Below, piece after piece: positions 21,041 through 31,318 of a DNA stretch of 64,000 nucleotides. Source of the DNA: an uncultured Chloroflexia bacterium (lineage in GTDB: Bacteria; Chloroflexota; Anaerolineae; Caldilineales; Caldilineaceae); NCBI GenBank assembly GCA_963752485.1, contig CAVVYP010000007.1, positions 462,993 through 526,992 on the forward strand, in the 5' to 3' direction. The first letter of the stretch is position 1, and each line of letters opens with the position of its first letter. A model generated the notes under the pieces. The model saw only the letters and a list, made by a program, of their open reading frames with translations, was not told the DNA's origin and made no database searches. The translations under genes were made by a program, and so were the position numbers.

Positions 21041-22054
21041 GTGTGCAAGATGACCCGTGGACGTAACATCACAATACGCGATATTGCCGAGCGAGCCGGC
21101 GTGGGCCTCGGCACGGTTTCGCGCGTCCTGAACCATCACCCGAACGTGAGTGCGTCGACGCGTCAGGCGGTGCAGGAGGCCATTGTCGATCTCGGCTATC
21201 GTCCCCGCGCGGCCGCCAAGGCGTTGCGCACGCGCAAGAGCATGGCCATTGGATTTATCACCGACTTCATCGCTGTGACGCCGTTTGCCGGCAACGTCAT
21301 TTGCGGTGCACAGGACGTGGCCTGGGAGCAAGACCATGTCTTGCTTCTGGTAAATACGAATGGCGACCAAGATCTCGAGGTGTCCGCGATTGAGATGATG
21401 CTGGAGCGGGAGGTGGAGGGCATCATCTATGCCACGATGTGGCATAGAGAGGTGACGCTCCCGGACAACATACGCGAGGCGCCCGTTGCGTTGGTCGATT
21501 GCTTCGTCGCGGATCATTCGTTGCCGTCGGTGGTTCCGGACGAACGTCGGGGCGGCCAAGAGGCGATTGAGCGCATGATCCAAGCGGGTCATCGTCGCAT
21601 AGGCTTCATTAATCACATACGTCCGATTCCGGCGCAGGTACTGCGCTGGCAGGGCTATCGGGATGCGTTGGCTGCGCATGACATCGCATACTGCGAAGAG
21701 TTGGTCGTCCAGCGATTGTCGGAGCCGAGCGGCGGCTACGAGGCCATGCGTCAGCTACTGGATCTGGCAGATCCGCCGACGTCAGTCTTCTGCTTCAACG
21801 ATCGTATGGCGATGGGCGCATACGACGCCATCAAGGAGCGCGGGCTCAAAATTCCAAGAGATATTGCGGTGATGGGGTATGACAACCAGGAATTGCTGGC
21901 GGGCAACTTACATCCGGGTTTGACGTCGATGGAATTGCCGCACTATCGCATGGGGCGGTGGGCCGCGGAATTCCTATTGGGCGAGGCGAGCAAGGCCGGA
22001 GAAACGCCGCAGGTCAAGCTTGCTTGCCCGCTGATTGAACGACGGTCGATTTAA
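21041..22054 (+). CDS. LacI-family transcriptional regulator.
   Basis: N-terminal HTH ITIRDIAERAGVGLGTVSRVLN followed by a periplasmic-binding-protein-like sugar-binding domain. Intact. Confidence 0.85.
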   Translation: MCKMTRGRNITIRDIAERAGVGLGTVSRVLNHHPNVSASTRQAVQEAIVDLGYRPRAAAKALRTRKSMAIGFITDFIAVTPFAGNVICGAQDVAWEQDHVLLLVNTNGDQDLEVSAIEMMLEREVEGIIYATMWHREVTLPDNIREAPVALVDCFVADHSLPSVVPDERRGGQEAIERMIQAGHRRIGFINHIRPIPAQVLRWQGYRDALAAHDIAYCEELVVQRLSEPSGGYEAMRQLLDLADPPTSVFCFNDRMAMGAYDAIKERGLKIPRDIAVMGYDNQELLAGNLHPGLTSMELPHYRMGRWAAEFLLGEASKAGETPQVKLACPLIERRSI

Positions 22055-22230
22055 GTGGCGAGAGATGATTGGAGGTGGCATGGCCTGGTACCAGAACAGT
22101 TGACGGCGTTGTTTGGTTGACGGCGCCAAAGCGAGCAAAGAATGGCGCCTGGATCGTGCGAAGTAGGAATTGGTTTCATGCTCAAAGCGTCTTTTTCAAC
22201 ACATGTAGCCTTTGGAAAGGAAGACCAACG

Positions 22231-23697
22231 ATGACATCTGCGCTACGTAGAGAGTTTACCCGGCGTGATTTCTTGCGTGTTGCCGGGGCGGGTTCTGTTG
22301 CGCTGGCGGTGACTGCATGCGCGGCTCCGGCGCAACCCTCGGCGCCTGCTGCCGAGTCTGGCGGAGAGGCGGCTCCTTCAGAAGAGGCGGTTCTGCTCCG
22401 CATCCAGGCCAATCCGGATTACGAATCCCTGGTCATGGCCTTGTACCAGGAGACAGTTAACCCCAATGTGGAAGGCGAATACATCTCTGTTACCGGCATT
22501 GACCATGAGGAAGTCGCGGCCAAGATGCTGGCCATGTTGGCGGCGGGCGAGCAGATCGACATCGGCTTTGCGGCAACAGAGGCCACACAGCTCTACGCCG
22601 GCAAGGGGCTGGCGATGGCGCTGGATGACTATGTACTGGCTGCCGAGGCGGAGTTGCAGGACTACTTCTCGGACGTCCATCCGACGTTGAACGAAGCCAT
22701 GATGTGGGAAGGCAGTCTCTACCAGCTCTCCCGTGACTTCAACGCCGCCAATATGTATTACAACACGGCAGCCTTTGAGGAAGCCGGGTTTGGACATCCA
22801 GAGCCGGGCTGGACGAAGGAAGACTTCTACGCGATTGCCAAGGCGATCGCCTCTGCGGAGGGCGGTGAGCAGAGGTATGGCTATGCGTGGATCAACCGAC
22901 TGTGGGGTAGTTGGATGCCATGGATCTTTGTAAATGGCGGCAACATATTGACTGAGGAGCGGGCCCCCGGCGGCGAATGGTTGTGGGACACCTTCTACGC
23001 GGGTGACCCGGCTGCGGAAGGTCGCGGCGGCGGGTGGCGCTGGCTGGCGCCAAAGGCCAACGACACGGCCAACGTGGAGGCGCTTGAGTTCATGGTACAG
23101 CTCTTCGACGAGGACATCACGCCGGCTGTGGAACTGGGCGGCGGTGAGACGCTCCAGGGCTTCTTCACGAGTGGCACGCTTGCCATGACGCCTGCGGGAG
23201 GATTCTGGGCAGGCGGACTGTCGAATGCGGGCATGGAGAACGGCGCGTTTGACGTGCAGCTCTTCCCCTACTGGGCGAATCAGCGCCATCAGTTTGGCAC
23301 AGGCGCTCTCTTCATCTTCGAGAAGTCGGCCAATGTGGATACGGCGTGGGACTACTACAAGTTCAGCGCTACGAAGGAAGCGATGGAGGCCAACGGCATC
23401 TTCAATCCCGTGACGTTGACCACGCCATCGCGGCGCTCCATGTGCAATGCGGAGCGTTTTGCGGAGACCGGCCCCGCGCATTGGGAGGTCTTCTATAGCA
23501 CGCTGGACGATCATCCGGACACTGCGCCGATTCCGGCCCCGCCGATATCTAATCCCATGACGACGATCTTCACCAGCTATACGGCGCGAGCTATGAGCGG
23601 AGAGATGACGCCGCAGGAGGCGCTGGACGGGATGCAGACGGAACTGGAAGCGTTGTACGAACGCGAAGGCGACGGAATGTACAACCTGGAGGCGTAG
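22231..23697 (+). CDS. ABC transporter extracellular solute-binding protein (family 1, carbohydrate), Tat signal.
   Basis: RRDFLRVAGAGSVALAVTACAAP twin-arginine/lipobox-like N-terminus. AAGGAAG RBS. Confidence 0.8.
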   Translation: MTSALRREFTRRDFLRVAGAGSVALAVTACAAPAQPSAPAAESGGEAAPSEEAVLLRIQANPDYESLVMALYQETVNPNVEGEYISVTGIDHEEVAAKMLAMLAAGEQIDIGFAATEATQLYAGKGLAMALDDYVLAAEAELQDYFSDVHPTLNEAMMWEGSLYQLSRDFNAANMYYNTAAFEEAGFGHPEPGWTKEDFYAIAKAIASAEGGEQRYGYAWINRLWGSWMPWIFVNGGNILTEERAPGGEWLWDTFYAGDPAAEGRGGGWRWLAPKANDTANVEALEFMVQLFDEDITPAVELGGGETLQGFFTSGTLAMTPAGGFWAGGLSNAGMENGAFDVQLFPYWANQRHQFGTGALFIFEKSANVDTAWDYYKFSATKEAMEANGIFNPVTLTTPSRRSMCNAERFAETGPAHWEVFYSTLDDHPDTAPIPAPPISNPMTTIFTSYTARAMSGEMTPQEALDGMQTELEALYEREGDGMYNLEA

Positions 23698-23756
23698 TGC
23701 GGTAGAGAGTAGCATCGTCACTGTTTCGCCATCGCCGGGACGATTCCATCCTGGCG

Positions 23757-24746
23757 ATGGCGAAACGTACCGTCGGGGAGTGGAAAATGAGTGAAGCCAC
23801 TAGTCAAACTACGGAAAAGCGGTTCGCACGGAACCCAATTGGTTGGCTAACGGAGAATACGCTGACCGGGTTGCGACGTCGTCGTGCGGCCCTGGGCTAT
23901 CTATTTCTGGCGCCCACGATTTTGGGCATCATCGTGTTCATTGCCGGGCCGGTACTGGTCTCGTTTGGGCTTAGCCTGTTTCGGTGGAATGTATTTGAGC
24001 CGCCGCGATTTCTGGGCTTGGAACACTATGCGCGCCTGTTCACAGACCCGCGCGTGCGCATCGGGTTCTGGAACACGTTCGTATTCGTGGTGCTTGCCAT
24101 CACGTTGCAGATCGCGGTTGGGCTGACCCTGGCATTGGCCATCCGGCAGCGCATGTCGACCGGCCTGCGCTACTATTACCGCTCGGCGTTCTTTCTGCCG
24201 TTTCTGATGTCGGGCGCCGCTACGGGCATTGTAATCGGCTACATGTTGCACAAGGAGTTCGGGCCGGTTAACTACTATTTGTCGCTGATTGGATTGCCGA
24301 AAGTGCCTTGGCTCAATTCGCCAAACGTTGTCATCTACACGGTGGTGTTGGCGTACGTGTGGCAGACGATGGGCTTCACGTTCATCATCTTCATTGGCGG
24401 CCTGAGCAACATTTCGACGGAAGTGTTGGAGGCGGCGGACGTCGACGGCGCGCTCGGATGGCGGCGGCTGTGGCATATTACGCTGCCCATGCTCAGCCCG
24501 ACGCTGCTGTTTGCCGCAGTCGTGGGCGTGATCGGCGGCTTGCAGATCTTTGACCAGCCCTATGTGATGACACGCGGCGGCCCGGGTGACGCGAGCCGAA
24601 CTGCGGTAATGGTGATGTATGAGTCAGCGTTCAAGAACATGGAGATCGGCTATGGTTCCGCCATCGCTGTGATCCTGTTCGTTGTGATCCTGCTGGTGAC
24701 GGCGGGCCAGTTCGGGCTGTCGAAACGCTGGGTGTTCTACCAATAG
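23757..24746 (+). CDS. Carbohydrate ABC transporter permease (MalF/UgpA-like).
   Basis: 6-TM permease. An EAA-like loop is present. Confidence 0.8.
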   Translation: MAKRTVGEWKMSEATSQTTEKRFARNPIGWLTENTLTGLRRRRAALGYLFLAPTILGIIVFIAGPVLVSFGLSLFRWNVFEPPRFLGLEHYARLFTDPRVRIGFWNTFVFVVLAITLQIAVGLTLALAIRQRMSTGLRYYYRSAFFLPFLMSGAATGIVIGYMLHKEFGPVNYYLSLIGLPKVPWLNSPNVVIYTVVLAYVWQTMGFTFIIFIGGLSNISTEVLEAADVDGALGWRRLWHITLPMLSPTLLFAAVVGVIGGLQIFDQPYVMTRGGPGDASRTAVMVMYESAFKNMEIGYGSAIAVILFVVILLVTAGQFGLSKRWVFYQ

Positions 24747-24756
24747 GAGTATCGGT

Positions 24757-25647
24757 ATGCAGAGTTCCAGGACACTTCAAGGCACGAAAGATTCGAGTCA
24801 CAGCCGTAGCTGGCTCGATTTCGTGCGCTATCGCACGCTCCCACTTGTGGGGATGGTCTTGCTCACGCTTGCCAGCATCATTGTACTTGCGCCTTTTTTG
24901 TGGACGGTCGCTACATCATTGCGGCTGCCCACGGAGTCGTTCACGTTGCCGCCGCAATGGATCCCCAGAAATCCCGACTGGACGAACTATGCGCGCGTTT
25001 TCGAGGAGATCGAGTTCTTTCGCATGATCTTCAACAGCGCGTTTGTGGCGGCGGTGATCGTCCTGGGCCAGTTGACGACCGCGTCGTTGGCAGGCTACGC
25101 CTTTGCGCGGCTAGAGTTCCCAGGTCGGAACGGTCTATTCTGGATCGTGATGGCGACGATGATGATCCCGCTGCAGGCGACGATCATCCCGGTCTTTGTG
25201 CTGATCAGCCGCATGGGGCTGAACGACACGCTTGCGTCGCTGATTCTGCCTTCGCTCCCCACGGCCTTTGGCACGTTTCTGTTGCGCCAGTATTTCATGG
25301 CGGTGCCGAAGGACTTCGAGGAGGCGTCCCTGATTGACGGCGCAAATCAGTTCCAGATTTTTAGCCGCATCTATCTGCCGCTGGTGGCGCCGGGCCTGGC
25401 GGTGTTGGCCGTGCTGGTGTTCAACAGTCACTGGAATGAGTTCTTCCGGCCGCTGATCTTTCTGCTATCGCGGGAGAACTTCACCATTCCACTGGGACTG
25501 AACGTGCTGAAGGGCTATATGATGACGGGTTCCATTTCCGTGGTCCTGGCGGGCGTGGTGCTTTCGCTGATCCCGGTAATGCTGGTCTACGCGTTCGGCC
25601 AGCGCTATCTCATCGAAGGTATCATGATGGGCGGCGTCAAGGGCTAG
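24757..25647 (+). CDS. Carbohydrate ABC transporter permease (MalG/UgpE-like).
   Basis: 6-TM permease. AGGAG RBS. Confidence 0.8.
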   Translation: MQSSRTLQGTKDSSHSRSWLDFVRYRTLPLVGMVLLTLASIIVLAPFLWTVATSLRLPTESFTLPPQWIPRNPDWTNYARVFEEIEFFRMIFNSAFVAAVIVLGQLTTASLAGYAFARLEFPGRNGLFWIVMATMMIPLQATIIPVFVLISRMGLNDTLASLILPSLPTAFGTFLLRQYFMAVPKDFEEASLIDGANQFQIFSRIYLPLVAPGLAVLAVLVFNSHWNEFFRPLIFLLSRENFTIPLGLNVLKGYMMTGSISVVLAGVVLSLIPVMLVYAFGQRYLIEGIMMGGVKG

Positions 25648-25798
25648 TCAACGGCTTGTCTGTCACCCAGACGCGTGGAAGAATCTGATTGTTTCCCTTC
25701 CAAGTCCGACGGCCATCCGTCGATGGCCGTGTCGGACTCCATTTGTTGACAATGCGTTGCGAGTATCTCAATGATTGGTCCGACTACCTGGAGGCATC

Positions 25799-27255
25799 AT
25801 GTCTATATATGAACCAAACCCCGCAATCGCGGCTGCGGAGGCGAGCGTAGCGGCCTTGGCGCCCGCAGCGGCAGATGACGCAAACCGTCCCCTCTATCAC
25901 TTTCGCCCGCCGTGCTGTTGGATGAACGACCCAAACGGGACGATCTACCATGACGGGTGGTATCACGTTTTCTACCAGTTCAATCCCTATTCAGACGTGG
26001 CTGGGCAGATCCACTGGGGGCATACGCGCAGCCGGGACCTGGTGCACTGGGAACAGTTGCCGGTGGCAGTGTGGCCGTCTACGGAACTTGGCGAGGAGGC
26101 GTGCTGGTCGGGATGTGCGGCGGTGACCGGGGACGGTGCGCCGATCGTGTTCTACACAAGCCGCGGCACAAACAATGTGCGTCCCTTTGAACAGTGGGCG
26201 GCAGTCGGCGACGACGAATGGATGACGTGGCGCAAGCATCCCGCGAATCCGATTCTGGCGCTGGGCGAGGGCGGCGCGCCCCGCTTTGAGCCGGACTGGC
26301 GCGATCCGTTCATCTTCCACACTGCGGGCCGGACGTTCCTTGTGTTGGGCGCAGCCACGGCGCGACGAGGCGAACGTGGCGCTGTTCGAGACGGAGGATG
26401 CGGAACTGGCAGAATGGCGTTATCGCGGCGCGATCTATACGAAGCCGCGCAGCGAGATGCGGTTTTGTGAATGCCCGAATTTCTTCCCGCTAGGCGACAA
26501 ATTCGTGCTGTTGCTTTCGCCCTATCGAGCGGTGGAATATACGGTCGGCGAATTCGACGCAGATCAGCTCACGTTTACGCCAGAGGCGCACGGCATTCTC
26601 GACCCCGGCGTTTCGCGCTTGGACCACCGGGGCAATGAGACCGGTGAGGCGGAACATGCCAACTACTATGCCACGAATATCGCATTCGATCCGGACGGCA
26701 ACTGTATTCTGTTTGGCTGGGTGCGCGGATTTCGGTCCGGGCAGGGATGGAACGGCTGTCTGGCGTTGCCGCGCGTACTGACGCTGGGCGCGGACGGACA
26801 CCCGCGGCAGGCGCCTGTGCCGGCCGTGGAGATGTTGCGCGGTGCGCAGGTGGCGGATATCGGCGAGGTTCGCGATCGACGACGGGGCGCAGGCGCTGGC
26901 GGGCGTGCGTGGGGAGGCGCTGGAGCTGCAGTTCAGCGTGTCGCTAGAGTCGGCGACGCGGGCGGGTGTGCGGCTGCGCTGCGCTGCGGACGGCGCAGGC
27001 GGTCTGCCCATCGAGTACGATGGCCGCGTGCTGCGCGTGAATGAGACAGTGGTTGAATTGCCGGATAGAGAACAGGTGACGCTGCGCGTGTTCCTGGACC
27101 GGACCGTGATGGAGGTCTTCGTGAATGACGGCGAACGCGCCATCACGCAGGTGGCGTATGCGGATGCCGCGAACCTCGACGTATGGCTATATGCGGAGGG
27201 CGGCGCGGCGGTGTTCGAGGATGTGCGTGCGTGGGAGATGGGCTCGATTTGGTAG
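25799..27255 (+). pseudogene. GH32 beta-fructofuranosidase / fructan hydrolase, with at least 2 frameshifts (about 26340 and 26870).
   Basis: WMNDPNG catalytic motif. The later section including FCECPNFFPLG and the C-terminal beta-sandwich lie in frames +2 and +3. Confidence 0.7.
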
Positions 27256-27649
27256 ACGGGATGAGATGGGACGCTGAGCTGACAGATATTCGCCGATCCT
27301 CTAGGTGGGCTGCATACAGGGCGTTCTGTTTCGATTTACCGGCGGAAGGGCGGCGATCTGCCAACTTGCCGTTTGAGACCGCGAAAGAGTGTGCAGGGAG
27401 AGAGGAGGGAGGGGGGCACGTGGTCCAGGCGTGCCCCCATCCCGAAAGAGGAAACGTACGAGGGTGAAGCCGTGAGCGAGACGGCCGAGGGGTGTTTCCA
27501 ACAGGTCCTGAACACAATATAGCACATATGTTCTATCTTGGGAAGGGGAAATAATTCCGATTTCCGCGCAGCGCTCGTAGCGGGAAGCGCTCACCGAGGT
27601 TGCAGCCAGTGAGGCAGGGATCGGGTGGACGAACGGGGAATACTGAACA

Positions 27650-27680
27650 GTCGGGCCGGCGTTTCACACTCGCCGGCCCA
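27650..27680. terminator. GC-rich hairpin GGGCCGGCG-n9-CGCCGGCCC in a convergent intergenic region.
   Basis: Read directly. It lies 40 bp beyond the stop of the minus-strand gene 27721..28002. Confidence 0.3.
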
Positions 27681-27720
27681 GCTATTCTCTGCTGTGTTGA
27701 ATACAACGTACCGAAGTCAG

Positions 27721-28002
27721 CTACTGCCCGCGTGTCACCGCGGGCAGGAAGATCTCCTCATCTTTGGGAATGCCGGCCAGGAAGCCGCCGGCCAGCCCGC
27801 GGTCGCCGGCGGGTTCCGTTTGTGTGGCAAGCGATTCGCCCACCGCGCCAGTCAATACATAGTCGCCGGCGGACACCGACTCGCCGCCGCTGGAGAACAC
27901 GTAGCGTTCTACTGTGGGTACATCACTTCCAGACGCTGCGGTGACAAGAAGCAGCGAAAGCGCGGCAACGATTCCCACGATCCAGAGCTTGCGATGCATC
28001 AC
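27721..28002 (-). CDS. Small secreted protein (signal peptide + ~65-aa mature domain), unknown function.
   Basis: N-terminus MMHRKLWIVGIVAALSLLLVTAASG is a signal peptide. Confidence 0.5.
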   Translation of the reverse strand: MMHRKLWIVGIVAALSLLLVTAASGSDVPTVERYVFSSGGESVSAGDYVLTGAVGESLATQTEPAGDRGLAGGFLAGIPKDEEIFLPAVTRGQ

Positions 28003-28057
28003 GGCTCTCCCCTCCGGTAGTTGCGACGTGAATCCGAAACGCTGACCATTCTGGCGA

Positions 28058-29231
28058 CTAGCTGTGGCCGAGTCTCACACGAACACCGCCCACGTTGAGG
28101 CTGTCAAATTCATCTTCGAACTGTATCTGGAGGCGCAGCACGAGGATTCCGGCGTCCGCGTTGAGGGTGTTGTCCGGCTGACTTGGTGTGAAGGAATAGG
28201 ATGTCGCGGTCGTGGAAGTGTGATCTGTCACATCTGAGTAGATCGTATCAGCACTGCTGGCGCTCGTCTGTTTATACAATCTGGTATCAGTAATGTAGGT
28301 GTCCGGGTCCGACGTGAAGTAGTACACCGTTACGTCTTCCACGGTCACGTCCTGACCGTAGAGCACAGCCGGGAGCTGTATGGGCAGGAAGTATGTCCGG
28401 GTTCCTGGTCCAGCCGTCGTCTTGTATAGCTGCGCCCGGCCGTAATACCAGGTCTCCATGTGCAAGTCGGTTGCTTCTGACCAGGGATAGCCTTCCGTTC
28501 CGGCGGCAAAAATGTAGCTGTCGCTCCGGCTTCGATAGCCGTCGGCCCTCACGAAGCCGTCGGCGTAGATAGCTTCGTCGCCGGGTCCGGTTTCTTCCGC
28601 GTAAAGCCCGTATTGATTGCCGGACGCGTAGACGCCGCTGTCGGTGGCATCTACGCCGCTGTTGACCACGTTCAGGGCATAATCCGTGCCGGCAGGATCT
28701 CCCTGAACCACGGCGCCTGGCACAAGAGCAAACGCGTAGGCGCTTGGACGCAGAGCCTGGCGCGGCAACAACGTTCCCTCTACCGTGACGCTGAGGAACA
28801 GCGCTTCACCAAACACGTCCGGCGTCAAAGGCACGGTGTTGCCCAGCACGAGGACAAATAGCCCGCCGCGCAACATCCACGTCGTTGTGCATTTCAGGAC
28901 CCCAGCGCTGCGAGCCGCCGGAGGCCGCATTGTACAGAGACACTTCCATGTCGTAGGCGCCGCTGAGTGGAGCGCCGCCGCTGTTCGTCAAATAGCCCTG
29001 GTAATTCAAGGTATAGGGCGGCTGCGCCAGGACTAGGTCTTCCGCGGCGTCCTGCACCGGCGCGCTTTCGGCGTCGTCCTCAACGGCATAGATGGACGGG
29101 TCACCGCTGATTTGCAGACCCTCGGGCACAGGATCGTCCTGTGCGTGGACAGGTGCGGTCACCGCTAGCCCAAGCAGAAGGAGCAGCCCGATGACGGTTA
29201 ATGCGCCGTTCAATCTACCGTACTTCATAAT
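28058..29231 (-). pseudogene. Secreted protein of unknown function (~390 aa), one frameshift near 28900.
   Basis: Signal peptide MKYGRLNGALTVIGLLLLLGLAVTAPVHA. N-domain motif YQGYLTNSGGAPLSGAYDMEVSLYNAASGG. The Tyr/Thr/Asp-rich remainder lies in a second frame. Confidence 0.5.
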
Positions 29232-29587
29232 GCCCCCTTTGGCTGCGCGCCCTATCTTGAAGCGAAACAATTGCCAATTCACCAAAACGTCTGAACGTGA
29301 ACGGCGTTTTGACGTTGTTCCTTCCAACGTTGAGGCGCATGGTTGCCAGCGTTCGTTGCGGTCGGCGCGGTGGTGGGCGCGCCGACCGCCGAGTGCGGAC
29401 AGGGTGTCGCGCCCGATTACGTGCCGAACAAGGCCGCAAACAGACGGCCAATGTCACACGAGCGCACCCCTGCTCACTATCAGATAGGTCGGACCGAGGG
29501 AAGTGCCGGCAGCTCCTGTAGGGCAGCGGCGAGTGTGGAACAGGAGCGCTCCGATAAAATACCGCTATTCAGGCATTATGTCAACAT

Positions 29588-29603
29588 TGTGCGAAATATC
29601 ACA
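29588..29603. promoter_or_regulatory. CRP/FNR-like site TGTGC-N6-TCACA, inside a 7-N8-7 palindrome CATTGTG…CACAATG.
   Basis: Read directly. Intergenic, about 360 bp upstream of the minus-strand gene that starts at 29231. Confidence 0.25.
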
Positions 29604-29630
29604 ATGGCGTCGTGGAGACGAACGCCGATT

Positions 29631-30617
29631 CTACTCCTCGCGCAGATCTTTCGGCACTTTCAACTTGGCGTCGATGAACTCCTTGTGGAAGAGTTTGAGC
29701 GAGCCGGCGATCTGGCGGATTTCTTCAATCTCGGGTGTAGACGCGGCGCCATCCGCAGTGGCGACGGCGAAAAGGACGTCCAGGAAGCGGGTGGCGTCTT
29801 CATGGCGGAGGGTGTCGGCAAATTCGCGGGCCAGACGGTAGCGGTCGAGTTGCGAAGCGGGCTCAGAGAGGGCGACTTCGGCGACGAAGGCGGCTTCGCC
29901 GTGCGGCAAATCCCAGTGCGTCTGCAGCGCGTCCACCATTACGTCTTGCTCGCCGCTGGTCACCTCCGGGTTGGCGCGGGCGACCTGCGCCATGATGCCG
30001 CCGGCCAAGGTCAACATGCGCAGCTTCTCTTCGGGGATGTCAAGCGTCTCGCCGCTCTCTTGTTCGCGTTGTTGGATGCGGTAGTAGACGCGGTTGTGGA
30101 CATAGTCGTCGAAGTACTGCTCGCGGTTGGGCGCATCGGCCAGGGCAGCGCTGCGTTTGGTCGTCCTTCCGCGCATGAAACGCGACAACGCGCCGCCCAG
30201 CCCCACATTGGCGGAGACGAGAGCGGCGAGGGTTTCGTCGACGACTTCACGCTCCTGCAGAGTGATGTCGCCGTCGGCCTGCACGAGTTGGTCGAGCATG
30301 TGTATGGCGAGTTGGCGGCTCTGTTCGTTGGAGACGGCATCCTGCAGGTCGGCGATGAGGCGGGCGCGTTCGTCGTCGCCGACGGGGCTGTCCATATAGA
30401 TGTTGAGTTCCGCCCATTGTCTGGACGTGAGCTCCGGCAGGTTGAACATGAGGTCCTTGACGCAGTTGACCTCGTCGTTGGTGAGTTCTCCGTCGGCCCA
30501 GGCGCTGGCGATCAGCACCTTGGCGAGCGTCATGATAAGGGTTTCATCATTCATGCGGTGTCGTTGTCCGATCCGGTTGGGTGCCGTCCATTTCATGATC
30601 TGCTTCATGATCTGCAT
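29631..30617 (-). CDS. Tandem TerB-domain (tellurite-resistance TerB-like) protein.
   Basis: LIASAWADGELTNDEVNCVKDLM and two further TerB-like repeats (LTLAGGIMAQVARANPEVTSGEQDV; FAVATADGAASTPEIEEIRQI). Intact, 328 aa. Confidence 0.65.
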   Translation of the reverse strand: MQIMKQIMKWTAPNRIGQRHRMNDETLIMTLAKVLIASAWADGELTNDEVNCVKDLMFNLPELTSRQWAELNIYMDSPVGDDERARLIADLQDAVSNEQSRQLAIHMLDQLVQADGDITLQEREVVDETLAALVSANVGLGGALSRFMRGRTTKRSAALADAPNREQYFDDYVHNRVYYRIQQREQESGETLDIPEEKLRMLTLAGGIMAQVARANPEVTSGEQDVMVDALQTHWDLPHGEAAFVAEVALSEPASQLDRYRLAREFADTLRHEDATRFLDVLFAVATADGAASTPEIEEIRQIAGSLKLFHKEFIDAKLKVPKDLREE

Positions 30618-30718
30618 TCTGACAGGTCGTTCGCGTGAACGAAGTGCGCCAGCACACAGAGGCCGCCTATTATAGAGCAGATCAGAGGGGTCGGCTAGCG
30701 GACCAACACCGGATGCGA

Positions 30719-31183
30719 TCAGTCTTCCGCGGGGTGGACGTCGATGTCCAATTCAACCCAGCCCCAATTGTCACCCAGCATGTCATCGTTGATGCGGAGA
30801 TAGAGCGCGCCGGACTGCTGGGCCTCGCGCCAGGTCCGGCCGCCAACTAGGAAGGGGCTGCCATTCTCGCCGATGCGGCCGATGAGCACGCCGCCGGGGG
30901 CGTTGGTGAGGGGATAGAACGTCGGCGCCGGATAGCGGGCGTGGCCCTCGGGGCCGTGGATTTCGCCGGGCGTATATAGCCATTCTCCGCCGGCGCTGAT
31001 CTCCACCTCATCGCCTTCGTTCAGTCGCACGCCCACGCTCTGCCAGCCGCGATAGGCGAAGACGCGGGTTTGGCCGATGTCCTCCTGACGCATGACAGCG
31101 ACGGCTCGCTCGCGGTCGAACAGTACGATCAGCGCCGCTACTGCCAGCACCAGCCCCAGAAGCAATATCACCACTCGTCGCAT
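30719..31183 (-). CDS. Membrane-anchored PA-IL (LecA)-like lectin-fold protein.
   Basis: N-terminal TM MRRVVILLLGLVLAVAALIVLF. C-terminal GGVLIGRIGENGSPFLVGG…GALYLRINDDMLGDNWG resembles the PA-IL beta-sandwich pattern. Confidence 0.5.
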   Translation of the reverse strand: MRRVVILLLGLVLAVAALIVLFDRERAVAVMRQEDIGQTRVFAYRGWQSVGVRLNEGDEVEISAGGEWLYTPGEIHGPEGHARYPAPTFYPLTNAPGGVLIGRIGENGSPFLVGGRTWREAQQSGALYLRINDDMLGDNWGWVELDIDVHPAED

Positions 31184-31318
31184 ATAGCTCACCTCCAGGA
31201 ATGGTTCAAAGTTCAAGAGTTCAACAATCTGCGTACACAGGATGCTTGCTGCGGTTCCCTTGAAACCGGGAAACGCCGCTGTCCTGTCACTCTTGAACAT
31301 TGAACTCTTGAACGTCCC

